Shown here one piece after another: positions 49,574 through 62,960 of a stretch of 64,000 nt of DNA. Made by a program: the position numbers and the translations under genes. The notes under the pieces were generated by a model. That model did not search any database. It saw only the letters and a list, made by a program, of their open reading frames with translations, and was not told the origin of the DNA. Source of the stretch: Mobula hypostoma (lineage: Eukaryota); the NCBI RefSeq assembly GCF_963921235.1, contig NC_086126.1, positions 18,662,001 to 18,726,000 of the forward strand, in the 5' to 3' direction. How positions within the stretch are numbered: the first letter of the stretch is position 1; the number at the start of each line of letters is the position of its first letter.

Positions 49574-50289
49574 CAGCGGTCCCCAACCAGCAAAGCACAT
49601 GCTACCGAGCCGTGAGGAAATTATATGAGTTGGCTGCACGTTTCCTCATTCCTTGTCACGCACTGTTGAACTTGAACATAGGGTTGCCAACTGTCCCGTA
49701 TTTGCCGGGACGTCCCTTAATTGGGCTGAATTGTCTTGTCCCGTATTTCCCCTGCTAAGGTAGAGCGTTCCTATGAAATGGCATGAAGCGAAGAAGCAAT
49801 TACAATTAATTTATATGGGAAAAATTTTGGAGCGTTCCCAGACCCAAAAAAAACCTAACAAATCATACCAAATAACACATAAAACCCGAAAATAAATAAA
49901 AATAAAACATATAGTAAAAGCAGGAATGATATGATAAATTATACAGCCAATATAAAGTAGAAATAATTTATGTACAGTATAGTCAGGAAGATGAAGGCAA
50001 AGCCAATTTGTGGGAAAAAAAATCGGCACGTACGCACATGCGCACACAGGTGCCCACGCAAGGCTTCATGGTCATGGTAGTCTTTTTGGGGTAAAGTGTC
50101 CCGGGATTTGACTGCTACTTCTGTCCTTTATTTGGGAGTGAGACAGTTGGCAACACTAACTGTAAAAGACACGTTGAGGTGAATTTAACCCTATTTAAAC
50201 AACACCCCCCCCCACCCGGGTAGGCCGGTCCGCAACAATATTGTCAATATTAAACAAGTCCGTGGTGCAAAAAAGGTTGGGGACCCCTG
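49574..50289. mobile_element. Non-autonomous hAT (Charlie-like) element with 8-bp TSD and an internal second TIR pair
   Basis: TIRs CAGCGGTCCCCAACC / GGTTGGGGACCCCTG; TSD TTATAAGG at 49566-49573 and 50290-50297. Inner TIRs TAGGGTTGCCAACTGTC (49679) / GACAGTTGGCAACACTA (to 50158). Confidence 0.92.
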
Positions 50290-50799
50290 TTATAAGGCAT
50301 TGGTCCGATCACACTTGGAATATTGTGAACTGTTTTGGGCCCCATATCTAAAAAGGCACGTGCTTGCATAGGAGAGGGTCCAGAGGAGGTTCACAAGGAT
50401 TATCCTGGCAATAAAAGGGGTAATGCACGAAGATTGTTTGATGGCTCTTGGCTGAAACTCAATCTTCTTTAGAAGAATGAGGGAATCTCGTTGAAACCGA
50501 TCAAATATCGAAAGGCCTGGGATGGAGTGGGGAGGGTGTTTCTGATAATGGGACAGTCCAGGACCACAGGACACAGCCTCAGAATACTGGGACACCCTGT
50601 TAGAACAAAGATGAGGAGTAAGATCCTTAGTAAAGGTATTGAATCTGTTAAACCTATGTCAGGATGTTGTTCACTGACTAGAACTCAGCGTTTAACACCA
50701 TCATTCCCACAGTCCTGATTACTAAGCTACAGAACCTAGTCCCTCTGCAATTGGATCCTCGACTCCCTAACCAGGAGACCACAATCTGTGCAGACTGGT

Positions 50800-51495
50800 G
50801 ATAATCAGATTGTGTGGATTAATGGAGACAGGCTAACCCCTACTGACATCAATGGATCCGGGGTTAAGAGGGCAAACAGCTTTAAGTTCCTCGGCATCAA
50901 TATTACTGAGCTCACATCGTCTATACATACAGGCTGTGTGGTGAAAAAGGCACAACAGCGTCACTTTCACCTTAGACGGTTGAGGAAGTTTGCTATGGGC
51001 CCCCAAATCCTAAGAACTTTCTACAGGGGCACAATTGAGAACATCCTGACTGACTGCATCACTGCCTGGTGTGGGAACTGTACCTCTCTTAATCGCAGGA
51101 CTCTGCAGAGAGTGGTGTGGACAGCCCAGCACATCTGTAGTTGTGAACTTCACATGATTCACGACATTTACAAAGACAGGTGTGAGAAAAGAGCCCAAAG
51201 GATCATTGGGGACCCGAGTCACCTCAACCACAATCTATTCCAGCTGCAACCATCCAGGAAATGGTACCACAGCATAAAAGCCAGGACCACAGGCTCCGGG
51301 ACAGCTCCTTCCACCAGGCCATTAGACTGATTAACTCACGCTGATTTGAGGGTATTTCTATGTGAAATTGACTGTTCTATTTTGTATCAATTATTATAAA
51401 TTACTATGATTGCACATTGCACATTTAGACCGAGATGTAACGTAAAGATTTTTTCATGTACATGAAGGATGCAAGGAATAAAGTCAATTCAAATT
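50800..51495 (+). mobile_element. Rex1/Babar-like LINE 3' fragment
   Basis: SFKFLGINIT...KKAQQRHFHLRRLRKF...FYRGTIENILTDCITAW and an AATAAAGTCAATTCAAATTC tail. Confidence 0.85.
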
Positions 51496-52104
51496 CAAAT
51501 TAATATCTTCTCTTCGCTGACAATTAACACTGGCCCTGGTGCCCCTCAGGGATGTGTGCTTAGCCGACTGCTCTGCTCCCTCTACGCCCATTACTGTGCG
51601 ACTAAGTATAGCTCAAATGCCATCCATAATATGCTGTTGGTAGAATTTCAGATGGAGAGGAGAGGGCGTAGAAGAGCGAGCTACACCAGCTAGTTGAGTG
51701 GTGTCACAGCAACAACCTTGTGTTTAATGTCAGTGCGACAAAAGAGCAGATTGAAGGAAACGTAAGATGAGGGAACACGAACCAATCCTCAGAGAGGGAT
51801 CAGAAGTGGAGAGAGTGAACAATTTCAAGTTCCCGGGTGTCAATATCGCCGATGATCTAACCTGGTCCCAACATATTGATGCAGCTACAGTATAAAGGCA
51901 AGACAGTGGATATATTCCATCAGGAGTTTGAAGATATTTGTTCTGTCACTTTAAAACACTCAAAAACTGCTATAGATGTATTCTATCTGCTGTATTATTT
52001 GTACTATATTATTTCTGTTTTTGCACTGTTTTTAATCTACGTAATACACATATCCATATACACACATACTGATTTATTTATTCTTTCTATATTATCTTGA
52101 AATT

Positions 52105-54497
52105 GAGACCAGGTATCCGGAGGTTTTGCTCATTACAGCCAGGGACTTTAACCAGGCCAACCTCAGAAAGGTGCTGCCAAAGTTATACCAACATGACTCC
52201 TGCCCCACTAGAGGCCTGAATATACTTGACCACTGCCACACAACAGTCAAGGATGCCTACCGTTTTGTCCCACGACCTCACTTCGGAAAATCGGACCATT
52301 AGGCCGTACTGCTCCTCCCGGCTTACAAACAGAAACTGAAGCGGGAAGTCAGGGTGTCAAAAGTTGTGTAACGTTGTACGGAGGGAACGGATGAGGTCCT
52401 CCATGACTGCTTTGAATCGGTGGACTGTTCGTATTCAAGGACTCGGCAGCTAACCTCGATGACTATGCCTCAGCTGTCACAGACTTTATTTGGAAATGCA
52501 CGGAGGACTGTTTGTCTCACAAGACGATCTGGGTATTCCCTAACTGGAAACCTTGGATGAATATAAGGTCAAGTCCCTTTTAAAGGCTAGAGCTGCAGCT
52601 TTTAAGTCTGGGGATACCAGTTGCTACACTGAATCCAGGTGTGAACTCCGGAAAGCCATTCAGGGTGCCAAGAGGCAATATCGAGCCAAGTAGGAAGCCC
52701 AGGCCAACCAGAGGGATGCCAGTAGACTATGGCAGGGTCTAAATGAGATTACTGGGTGCAAAGAAAAGGCTGGGAATATCAATAACTGTGGCGCTTCTCT
52801 TCCTGACGAACTTAACGTATTCTACGCAAGATTCGAACAGAAGAGGAACGTCCAGCTCCCTCCGGATGAACCAGACCTGATGGCATCGAGATTCATTGTC
52901 ACCTAGGACATTAGAAGGGCCTTCCTGAAAATAAATCCAAGGAAGGCGACGGGCCCAGATGGCGTCCCAGGACGGGTTCTCCGACCCTGTGCAAGCGAGC
53001 TGGCTAGAGTGTTTGCTGACGTCTTCAACTGCTCCTTGCTTCAGTCAAAGGTCCCCTTGTGTTTTAAGAAGGCAACGATAATCCCAATGCCGAAGAAGAG
53101 CAAGGTGGCATGCCTGAACGACTATCGACCTGTGGCTCTGACATCAATTGCTATGAAGTGCTTCAAGAGATTGGTTTTGGCACACATCAACCACAGCCTA
53201 CTGGTCAACCTCGACGCTTTACAATTCGCCTACCGGAGCAACAGGTCAACGGCAGATGCCATCTCTCTGGCCCTACATTCCTCCTTAGAACACCTGGAGA
53301 ATAAAGGCGCATCCGTAAGGCTCCTTTTCATTGACTACAGCTCTGCCTTTAATACCATCGTTCCAAATAAACTGATTCCTAAGCTCCGGAACCTGGTCCT
53401 CAGCACTCAGATCTGCAGCTGGATCTTCAACTTCCTCACAGACAGGACCCAGGCTGTGAAAATAGGGGACAAGCTCTCCTCTACAATCACTCTGAGCACT
53501 GGTGCCCCACAAGGCTGTGTACTCAGCCCCCTGCTGTACGCACTGTACACCCATGATTGTGCAGCCAAGTTTCCATCAAACTCAATATATAAGTTTGCTG
53601 ATGACACAACAATTGTAGGCTGTATCCCGGGTGATGATGAGTTTGAGTACAGAGAGGAAATTAAGAACCTGGTGGCATGGTGCGAAGACAATAACCTAAT
53701 CCTCAACATCAGCAAGACGAAGGAATTGGTTGTTGACTTCAGAAGGAGTAGCGGACCGCACGACCCAATTTACATCGGTGGTGCGCAAGTGGAACAGGGT
53801 TAAAGCTTTAAGTTCCTTGGGGTCAATATCACAAATGACCTGACTTGGTCCAACCAAGCAGAATCCACTACCAAGAAGGCCCACCAGCGTCTTTACTTCC
53901 TGAGAAAACTAAAGAAATTTGGCCTGTCCCCTAAAACCCTCACAAATTTTTATAGATGCACCGTAGAAAGCATTCTTCTCGGGTGCATCACAACCTGGTA
54001 TGGAAGTTGTCGTGTCCAAGACCAGAAGGATCTTCAGAAGATTGTGAACACGGCGCAGCACATCACACAAACCACTCTTCCGTCCGTGGACTCACGTTAC
54101 ACCGCATGCTGTCGGAGCAGCGCTGCCAGGATAATCAAGGACACGACCCACCCAGCCAACACACTTTTCGTCCCTCTTCCCTCCGGGAGAAGGCTCAGGA
54201 GCTTGAAGGCTCATACGGCCAGATTTGGGAACAGCTTCCTTCCAACTGTGATAAGACTGCTGAACGGATCCTGACCCGGATCTGGGCTGTACCCTGCAAA
54301 TATCCGGACCTGCCTCTCAGTTTTTTTGCACTACCTTACTTTCCATTTTTCTATTTTCCATTTATGATTTACAATTTAAATTTTTAATATTTACTATCAA
54401 TTTATAATCCAGGGAGCAGAAAGCGCAGAATCAAATATCACTGTGATGATTATATGTTCTAGTATCAATTGTTTGGCGTCAATAAAGTATAAAGTAT
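52105..54497 (+). mobile_element. Rex1/Babar-like LINE, 5'-truncated, disrupted RT
   Basis: ORF 53009-53803 ([55 protein letters not shown]) and an AATAAAGTATAAAGTAT tail. Confidence 0.95.
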
Positions 54498-56870
54498 CAT
54501 GTACGGCATTGAACTGCTGCTGCTAAATTAACAAATTTCATGACACACGCCAGTGGTAATAAACCTGATTCTGGTTCTGACTCTGAGTTTATCCCCACAG
54601 ACGGCTGTGGCCAAAAAATTGGGTTTATTTAATGTGGAGGTTTTTGATTGTGGAGGGGGAAGAGGGTTTGAGAGGGCTAAGAGATCAGACATGATCTCTT
54701 ACTCCTGGCAGAATGGTGCAGCAGACTGGATGGGGCCAAACGGCCTAATTCTGCTCCTGTGTTTTATTGTCTGATGGTCTCAGAGCAGCTGCAGGACATT
54801 TCAAATGGAAGGCTGAGCAGCCAGACATCGTGGTGGACGGTGCATGTTGGGAACAGCAACGTAGGGAGGAGGAGGGTTGTGTCCTGTGCAGTGAATCTGG
54901 AGAAGGAAGAGAGAAACTAAAAATTAGTAAGCTCTATGTTACTCCCAGTGACACGTGTTAGTGCAGGGAGATATAGGAAGATACCACCGATGAATGTGTG
55001 GTTGAGAAACTGGTGCAGAGGACAGCTTCATGGATCAATAGAATCACCTAGAGATGTACAGGTAGAAACTGTTGAAGGAACAGTTTTCTCATTGCTAAAA
55101 CTGGAGGGAATAGTTTTTGGCGTGACAGATTGGAGGTTTAAAGGGGATCTGAAAGGTGAGTTGATGGAGGTGGATAAAATTATGTGAGGCATACAGAGGT
55201 TAGAGAGGCAGACACTGTTTTCCGAGGTGTGGCTGCTTAAAACTAAAGGGAATGGATTTAAGGTGAGGGGAGGAGGTTTAAAGGTGATCTGACGGTAAAT
55301 ATTTCTCATGGGGAATTGATTTGAATTGACTATTTCTTACATCCTTCACATACATGAGGAGTAAAAATCTTTTCATCATGTCTCTGTCTAACTATGCAAT
55401 CACAGTAATTTATAATAAATGGAACAGTCAATGTAACAGAGAATAGCTGGTATCCCAAATGAGCCGCCAGAGGAAGTAGTGAAGGTAAAAACACACAAAG
55501 TCTCTGTTCATGAACACTTCTCAGGAACCTGTCATTCACTGTGTACATCCTGCCCTGGTTGAACTTCCTGGTGCTGGGTCCATTGTTGTTTTCCATCTGT
55601 ATTAATGATCTGGATGATAATGTGGTAAACTGGATCAGCAAATTTACGGATGACACCAAGGTCAGCTTCCTAATCTTGACATAGGATATGGACCAGCTGG
55701 AACAATGGCAGATGGAATTTAAAGCACACAAGTGTGAGGTGTGTGCAACATAAGTTTAACAAGAGAAATGTGAGGTTTAAAGAGGATCTGAGGAAAACTG
55801 TTCTCTCTCCCTAGGAGGTTACAATCTGGAACACACTGCCTGAGGGGGTGGTGTAGGCAGTTACTTAAGGACTATCTGGATGAGCATTTGATTCACCAAG
55901 GCAGGGTAGGAGACAGACCAAGTGCTGAGTTAGTGGGGACAGATTCTCGATGGTCAGTATGGACATGCAGAAACCACTGACTGTGAAAGTGCAGTGGGAA
56001 CCTGAAACACAGGACTTCAGGATGGACTCAGCTAAAACATTCAGTATCCAGTACAATGGATTTTTGTTGGACGAAAGTATTAATGGTCAAATACTGAACC
56101 AACCCCCTCAAAAGGCTACTGAAGTACTCCCATTCCCTGTGTACCAATAATAGTAATTCTATATGGAAATTTGGTTAAGTACTCTGGTTAATATTAGGAG
56201 AGATGGCTGATAGCTTGGTCACAGTGAGAGGGTGCAAATGTCTTCTCAGAGGATAAGGGGTTCAGTGGAACAAGCTCACAGCTGAGAATGAAGGTGACAA
56301 ACCCCACTGCAATGGAGGACTGCTGTGGTCGGGTTGTACAGGATAGAAACAGACCCTCTGGCCCATCACATTTCTGCTCCCCATCGTGCACAGCTATACT
56401 AATCCCACTGTCCTGTATTAGTTTCATATTCCTCTGGGCCTTGCTCACTGAAGCCCTTGTGCATGTGCCTCTAATAATGTTACACAGTTCCCTGTATGTG
56501 GCATCACAGGCAGACAGGGTTGTGTGTTCTACTTGCCTTGTCAGCCAAAGAACTGCCTCTCATTGGAGTAGGACAAAACTGTTCAAAGACAGATTTAAAG
56601 GGGATCTGAAGGGTAAATATTTCACACAGAGAATAGCTGGCATCTGGAATTAACTCCCAAAATAGAGTCACTGGTTTATACAGAAATGAAACAGTCCCTT
56701 CGGTACAACTCATCCACGCCAACCAAGTTGTCGACCTGAACTCGGCCCATCTGCCTGCATTAGGCCTGTATCCCTCTCAACCTTTCCCATCCATGTGACT
56801 GTGCAAATATGTTTTAAATATTGTATCTGAGGCAGCGAGCTGGTGCAGTGAGGTGCTGACGGACACTCAC

Positions 56871-56950
56871 TGTTCCGCGGACAGGAAGAGGAGAGGCGGA
56901 TCCCACAGCGGAGCCCAACACCACTTCGCCAGAGTCCTGATCCCACCATC
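56871..56950 (-). other. Candidate non-coding first exon of an unidentified minus-strand gene
   Basis: Minus-strand donor GGAACA|GTGAGT at 56871/56870 in a CpG-rich patch beside promoter module B. The 5' boundary is uncertain. Confidence 0.45.
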
Positions 56951-56961
56951 CCGGATTTACC

Positions 56962-57092
56962 GTTCCCCAGGAAACGACGTCGGTGAGGTGGGACCACTGT
57001 GACGTCAGCGCGCCACGGATTGGTAATCTCATGGTGTCACGTGACGGTCAGTGCACAGCCCGGGAGGCGGGGCAGAGAGAACTGTCAATCAG
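56962..57092. promoter_or_regulatory. CpG-rich promoter module B: RFX X-box, CRE, CCAAT, E-box, GC box, PBX/PREP site
   Basis: GTTCCCCAGGAAAC 56962-56975, TGACGTCA 57000-57007, ATTGG 57019-57023, GTCACGTGAC 57036-57045, GAGGCGGGG 57064-57072 and CTGTCAATCA 57082-57091. Confidence 0.75.
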
Positions 57093-57409
57093 TGGAGCCG
57101 CTGAAAAACTTGCGACCATTGTAAACAGAGTGGGTACAGTGGGCGATTTCCGGGATCGGTGACTCCCTCCCCACCCACGGGAATTGAGTGTGTTATAAAC
57201 AGCAATATTTTCATTTGACACTTCGGTCTTATACATATTTAATGTTTGTATTTGGCATATGTTTGTGTGGATAATCTTTTATAATTTCGGTTAAAAAACG
57301 TTGGAACTAGAGCACTGACCCCTTCATGAAAAAAGTGCGTCATGGGAAAATATTGTCAAAGCCCAAAATTTAACCCAAAGTAAGTTGTTATCACAGTCCA
57401 CATATATCA

Positions 57410-59640
57410 CCGTCCAGTTCAAAGTAAAATCTATTCTCGCAGTAGATTCATGTCACCACAAACAACCCTGAGATTCTTTTCTGCGTGCATTCTTAGCAAA
57501 TCTATAGAACTTACTGTAAACTGTAAATATGAGAAACTATAAACTGAAAACAAACAGTGCAAATGCAGAAAAATGAATAACAATAAATAATGAGCATGAA
57601 AGAACAATGTAACAGAGTTCTTAAAAGAGTCCTGACATGAGTGTATCTATCCCCTTTTGTTCAAGCCCCTGATGGTTGAGGGGTAGTAACTGTTCCTGAA
57701 CCTGGTGGTGCGAGTCCTGAGGTACCTGTACCTTCTACCTGATGGCAGCAGTGAGAGAAGATCATTGCCCGGGTGGTGAGGATTTTTGATGACGGATACT
57801 GGTTACCTACGGCAATATTTCATGTAGATGTGCTCAGTGGTTATGAATGTTTTACCCATGATGTAGCTGGACTGAATCCACTAGCTTTGCAGGAATTTCC
57901 ACTCAAAGGCATTGGTGTTCCTATATGAGGCCATAATGTGGACAGTCAGAATGCCTTCCACCACACATTTATAGAAGTTTGACCAAGTTTGCAATGACCT
58001 GCTGCATCTCTGAGACTCCTGAGGAAGTAGAAAAGCTGTTGTGCCTTGTTCACAATAATATTTATATGATAGGTCCAGGACAGGTCCTCTGAGAGAGTGA
58101 CACACAGGAATTTAAAGTTACTGACTCTCTCCGATCATCCAAAGATCCTAAGGTCTACAATCCGTCCCTTGGTTTTACTGACATTGATTGAGAGGTTGTT
58201 GTTATTACGCCACTCAACCAAATTTCAATCTCCCTACTGTATGCTGATTCATCACCACCTTTGATACAGCCCACAACAGTGGTGTCGTCAGCAAACTTGT
58301 ATATGGTGTTGGAGCTGTACTCAGTCACACAGTCATAGGTGTAAAGTGAGTGGTGCTGGGGGCTAAGCACACTTCCCTATGGTGCTAATGTGCTGACAGA
58401 GATTGCGGAGGAGATATTTTTGCCAATCTGAACTGACTGGGGTTTGCAACTGAGGAAATCCAGGATCCAATTGCACAAGGGGGTTTTGAGGCCCAGGTCT
58501 CGGAGTTTACTGATTAGTTTTGAGGGGATGATAGTGTTAAATGCTGAGCTGTAAACAATGAAGGGCATCCAGATGTTTGCATCTTTGCTGTCCGGATGTT
58601 CCAGAGTTGTGTGAAGAGCCAACGAGACAGTATCTGCTGTTGCTTTGGTAGGTGAATTGGAGAGGATCCAAGTCACCATTCAGACAAGAGCTGATATGCT
58701 TCAACATCAGCCTCTCAAAACACTTCATCACTGTGGATGTAAGTGTCACTGGGCAATAGTCATTTAAACAGGTTACCACCGGTATGAATGAAACTTCCTT
58801 GAAGCAGGTGGGTACCACACACTGCCAGATCGAGAGGTTGAAGATATCCATTAATATACCAGCCAGCTGGTCAGCACAGGTCTTCAGTACTCGGCCAGGT
58901 ACTCCATCCAGAGCGGATGCTTTCCTTGGATTCACTCTCTTGAAGGCAGCCCGCTTGGCACCTTCAGATACGGAGAGCAAATTATCATCGGGAGACATTG
59001 GATGCATGATGTTCCTCCCACATGCATAGAGGACATTGAGCTCATCTGGAAGCAAATCTCTGCTGTCCCTTTTATCGCAAGAGTTAACTTTGCAGAAGGT
59101 TCTGGCATTGAAACCCTGCCAGCAGCTGTCAAGCATCCCTCCTTTATTCCAGTCTAGTCCGGAATCTCCACTTTGCCGGAGAGATGGTTTCCAGGTATCA
59201 TCATACCTGCACCTCTTGTAGCATTCCTGATCTCCAGACATGAATGCCTCTGAGCTGGCACTCTGCAGGTTCCAGATTTCATTGCTCATCCAGGCCTACT
59301 GATTTGGGAAAAGCCTGAATGATTTTGTGGGGACACACGCCTCCACAGCTGTTTTAGTAAAGTCTGTAATAATCCCAGTGTCTTCCTTCAGGTCCTGAGA
59401 TGAGTTCTTGAACATGGCTCAGCCTGCTGACTCAAGGCAATCCTGTAACCGTTCCTCTGCCTCCCAACACCACCCCTTGGTTATCTTTATCTCTGGATCC
59501 TTGTTCCTTAGGCTCTGTCTGTGTGCAGGTAGGACGAGTACAGCCAAATGATCCAACTTAACAAAATACGGTCTTGGGAGCAAACGATAGACAATCCTTA
59601 TCGTAGTGTAGCAGTGGTCTCCTGTCTTGGGACATCTGAC
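57410..59640 (-). mobile_element. Rex1/Babar-like LINE, decayed
   Basis: ORFs 58537-59289 ([36 protein letters not shown]), 58377-58679 ([10 protein letters not shown]) and 58155-58370 (YKFADD). Confidence 0.9.
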
Positions 59641-61744
59641 GCAACAGGTTACTACTTTCAGATTCATTTTCTTTCAGTTATTTACAGGGAAATAAATATA
59701 GTGGAATTTAGGAAAACTATGAACAGCAAAGACTAACAGAGAACCAATGTGCAAAAGAAGACGGATCATGCAAATACTAAAACATAAATATTACTGTGCA
59801 ATTCAGTTGTGGAGTACTTGAAAGTGAGTCTGCAGGATATGGAACCAGTTCAGTGAAGATACCTATGCCATTTCAAGAGCATGACTGGTGTAGGGTAACA
59901 ACTCTTCCTGAACCTGTTTGTATGGGACCTAAGGCTCCTGTACGTCCTTCCCGATGGCAGCAGATGAAGAGAGCATGAGGTGGATGAAGGATGTTGTTGA
60001 TGATGGATGCAGCTTTCCTGTAGAAGTAAATGTACTGAATGATGGGGAGGGCTTAGCCTGTAATGAACTGGGATGCATCCACTAGTTAGAAACATAGAAA
60101 ACCCACCGCACAATACAGGCCCTTCAGCCCACGATGTCGTGCCAAACCTGTACTTACTTTAGAAATTACCTGGCATTACCCAGAGCCCTCTATTTTTCTA
60201 AGCTCCATGTACCTATCCAGGAGTCTCTTAAAAGACTCTATTGTATCCGTCTCCACCGCCTTTGCCGACAGCCCATTCCACGCACTCACCATGCTCTGTG
60301 TAAAAAAACTTGCCCCTGACATCTCCACAAAGATCTTGTAGACCTTTCCTTTCCATTCCTGATCATTGTGTTTCCATATCAGGCCGTGATGAAACCAGTC
60401 AGGTTACTCTCCACTCTGCATCTATATATGTCACAGTTTTAGATGTCACGCTGATTACACACAGGTAGAGTCACTGTCGTGCCTTCTTTATAATGACACT
60501 TACTGCTAGTCCCAGGACAGACCCTCTGAAATGATAATGCTAAGGAATTTAATGTTACTGACTCTCTCCACCTCCAGTCCCTGATGATGACTGGCTCATG
60601 GACCTCCAGTTTCCTGCCCCTGTGGTCAGTGATCAGCTCTTTGGTTTTGCTGATATTGAGTGAGAGGTTGTCGTTGTGGCACCATTCAACCAGATCGTTC
60701 ATCTCCCTCCTGGGGGCAAATGTGTCACCACATTTGATTCATCCAATAGCAGTGGTGTCATCTGCAAACTTAAATATGGCATTTGAGTTGTACATAGCCA
60801 CACAATCACAGGTATAAAGTGGGTAGAGTAGGGGCCATGCACATAGCCTTGTGGTGCACCAGTGCTGATGGTGATTGTTATTGATTTTGAATGCAAAGTC
60901 CTTAACCATGCAAGGGAAATAGAAATTACAACTGAGGGAGAAGATTACATTAAAATAAGCAAATATAAGAATGAAAATTAGTTACTTTTTTCGCAGAAAT
61001 GTGAAAATAGGGGGCACACTTGTCCATACTGACCAAAATCCTCTAAGCTGTTCCTATTTGGCCTCCTTTGCCCACATCCCTCTCACCCTTCACAATCCAC
61101 ATACCTGTCCATGTGTCATTTTACATCCTGTTATTGTACAAGCCTCAACCAATTCTGCTGTCTGCTGGTTCCATATTCCCTCAGCCTCAGGGTGAAAATG
61201 CTTGTCCTTCATGTTTTAAATCTTTCCCCTCTTACCTTACATCTATGCCCTCCAGATCTGCTTCCTCTTTGCTAGAAATATATTTCCATTTATCCTATCA
61301 ATGTTTCCATTCATCCTGATGAATTTATATAACTCAAATTTAAAAACCAACAGAAGACTTTGTAAGACATTTGACAAGTCCGCAAGGAGTACTGTGAGCA
61401 ATGGTGGGCCCTTTATCCAAGGAATGATGGGTCCAGAGCAGGTTCACAAAAATGATCCAGGAATGAAAAGGTTAACATATGACGAGCATTTGATGGCTCT
61501 GGGCATGTACTTGCTGGAGTTTAGAAGAATGAGGAGAGAATCACATTATAACTTCTTGAGTGAACATGGAAAGGATGTTTCCTATAGTGGGTTAGTCCAG
61601 AACCAGATGGCACACACTCAGAATAGAAGGATGTCCCTTCATAACAGAGATGCGAAGACATTTCTTTAGCCAGAGGGTCATGAATCTGTGGAATTCATTG
61701 TCAAAAGTGGAGGAGGCAACACAGTGTAAGCACCAGATACAGTC

Positions 61745-62260
61745 AATTGACACGTCAATCCATGGTCTCCTCCACTGTTACGATGAGGCCACACTCGGGT
61801 TGAACGTATAACACGTTATATTACGTCTGGGTAGCCTACTATCCGATGACATGAACTTCTATTTCTCTAACTTCCGGTAATGTTCCATGCCTCCTTTACC
61901 ATTTCCTATTTCCTTTTCCATCTCTCATTATTTTCCTACCTGCTCATCACCTCCCACTAGCGTTCCTCCCCATTTTCTCTCTTCCATGGCTTTCTGTCCT
62001 CTCCTATTAGATTCCCCCTCTCTAGCCCTGTATCTCATACACCAATCAACTTCCTAGCTCTTTACTTCACCGGCCCCTCTCAGAGTGTCACCTTTCACCT
62101 TGTGTTTCTTCCCCACCCCCTCACCTTCTAACACTGACTCCTCATCTCGTTTTCTCCAGTTCTGATGAAGGGTCTCGGCCAGAAACATCGACTGTAGTCT
62201 TTTCCATGGATGCTGCCTGGCCTGCTGAGTCCCTCCTGCATTGTGTGTGTGTTGTCCAGA
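61745..62260 (+). mobile_element. Penelope-like element 3' fragment with hammerhead motif (62157-62194)
   Basis: GIY-YIG C-terminus remnant and pyrimidine tail, then CAGTT-CTGATGA-AGGGTCTCGGCCA-GAAA-CATC-GACTG. Confidence 0.85.
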
Positions 62261-62269
62261 TACAGGTGA

Positions 62270-62960
62270 TGATCTCAACAGGCTTGCAGGTGAAGTTTTG
62301 CTTCTGCTAGATGGACTATTTGGGTTTTTGAATGGTGGTGTAGGGGCAGGTGTAGCTCATCTTCCGATTACAGGGATAAGTGCCAGCAGTGAGATCAGTG
62401 GGGAGGGATGAATGGACAAGGAATCACAGAGAGAGTGATCCCGGCTGAAAGTGGAGAGTGGGGTGGGGGGAGGATGTGTTTAGTGCTGGAATCCCTTTGA
62501 AGATGGTGGACATTGTGTAGAATGTTGTCCTGGATAGGGACACACGGGGGTGATACGTAAGGACAAGGGGAACTGTAACCCTGTTATGGCAGTGAGAAGA
62601 TGTCTGAGAAATAGAGGCATATATGAGGGTGAGAGTAGCACCAATGAGACAGAAAGGAAAACCCCGTTCTTTGAAGAAGGAAGTCACCGCTGACAATCTG
62701 ACAAGGAAACCCTCATCCTGGGAACAGATGTGGTGGAGGTGAATAAAAGGGATGACATTTGTACAGTAGGCAGGGTGGGAAGAGGAATAGTCAAGATAGC
62801 TGTGACAGTCAGTAGGTTTATAGGAAGATATCATTAGATAGTCTGTCTCCAGAGATGGAGACAGAGCTATTGAGAAATCAGAGAGAGGCGTCAAAAATGT
62901 GCAAGTGAATTTAAGGGCACGCGGAAAGTTGAAATCAAAGTTGATGAAATTTTTTGAGCT
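62270..62960 (-). mobile_element. Penelope-like element RT C-terminal fragment
   Basis: ORF 62424-62993: YKPTDCHSYLDYSSSHP...ICSQDEGF...FFKERGFP...VPLVLTYHP. Confidence 0.85.

Noticed and set aside
56962-57023. MHC-type S-X-Y module (RFX + CRE + CCAAT)
   Set aside because: The X-box and CRE are 38 bp apart rather than adjacent, and no MHC exons are visible.
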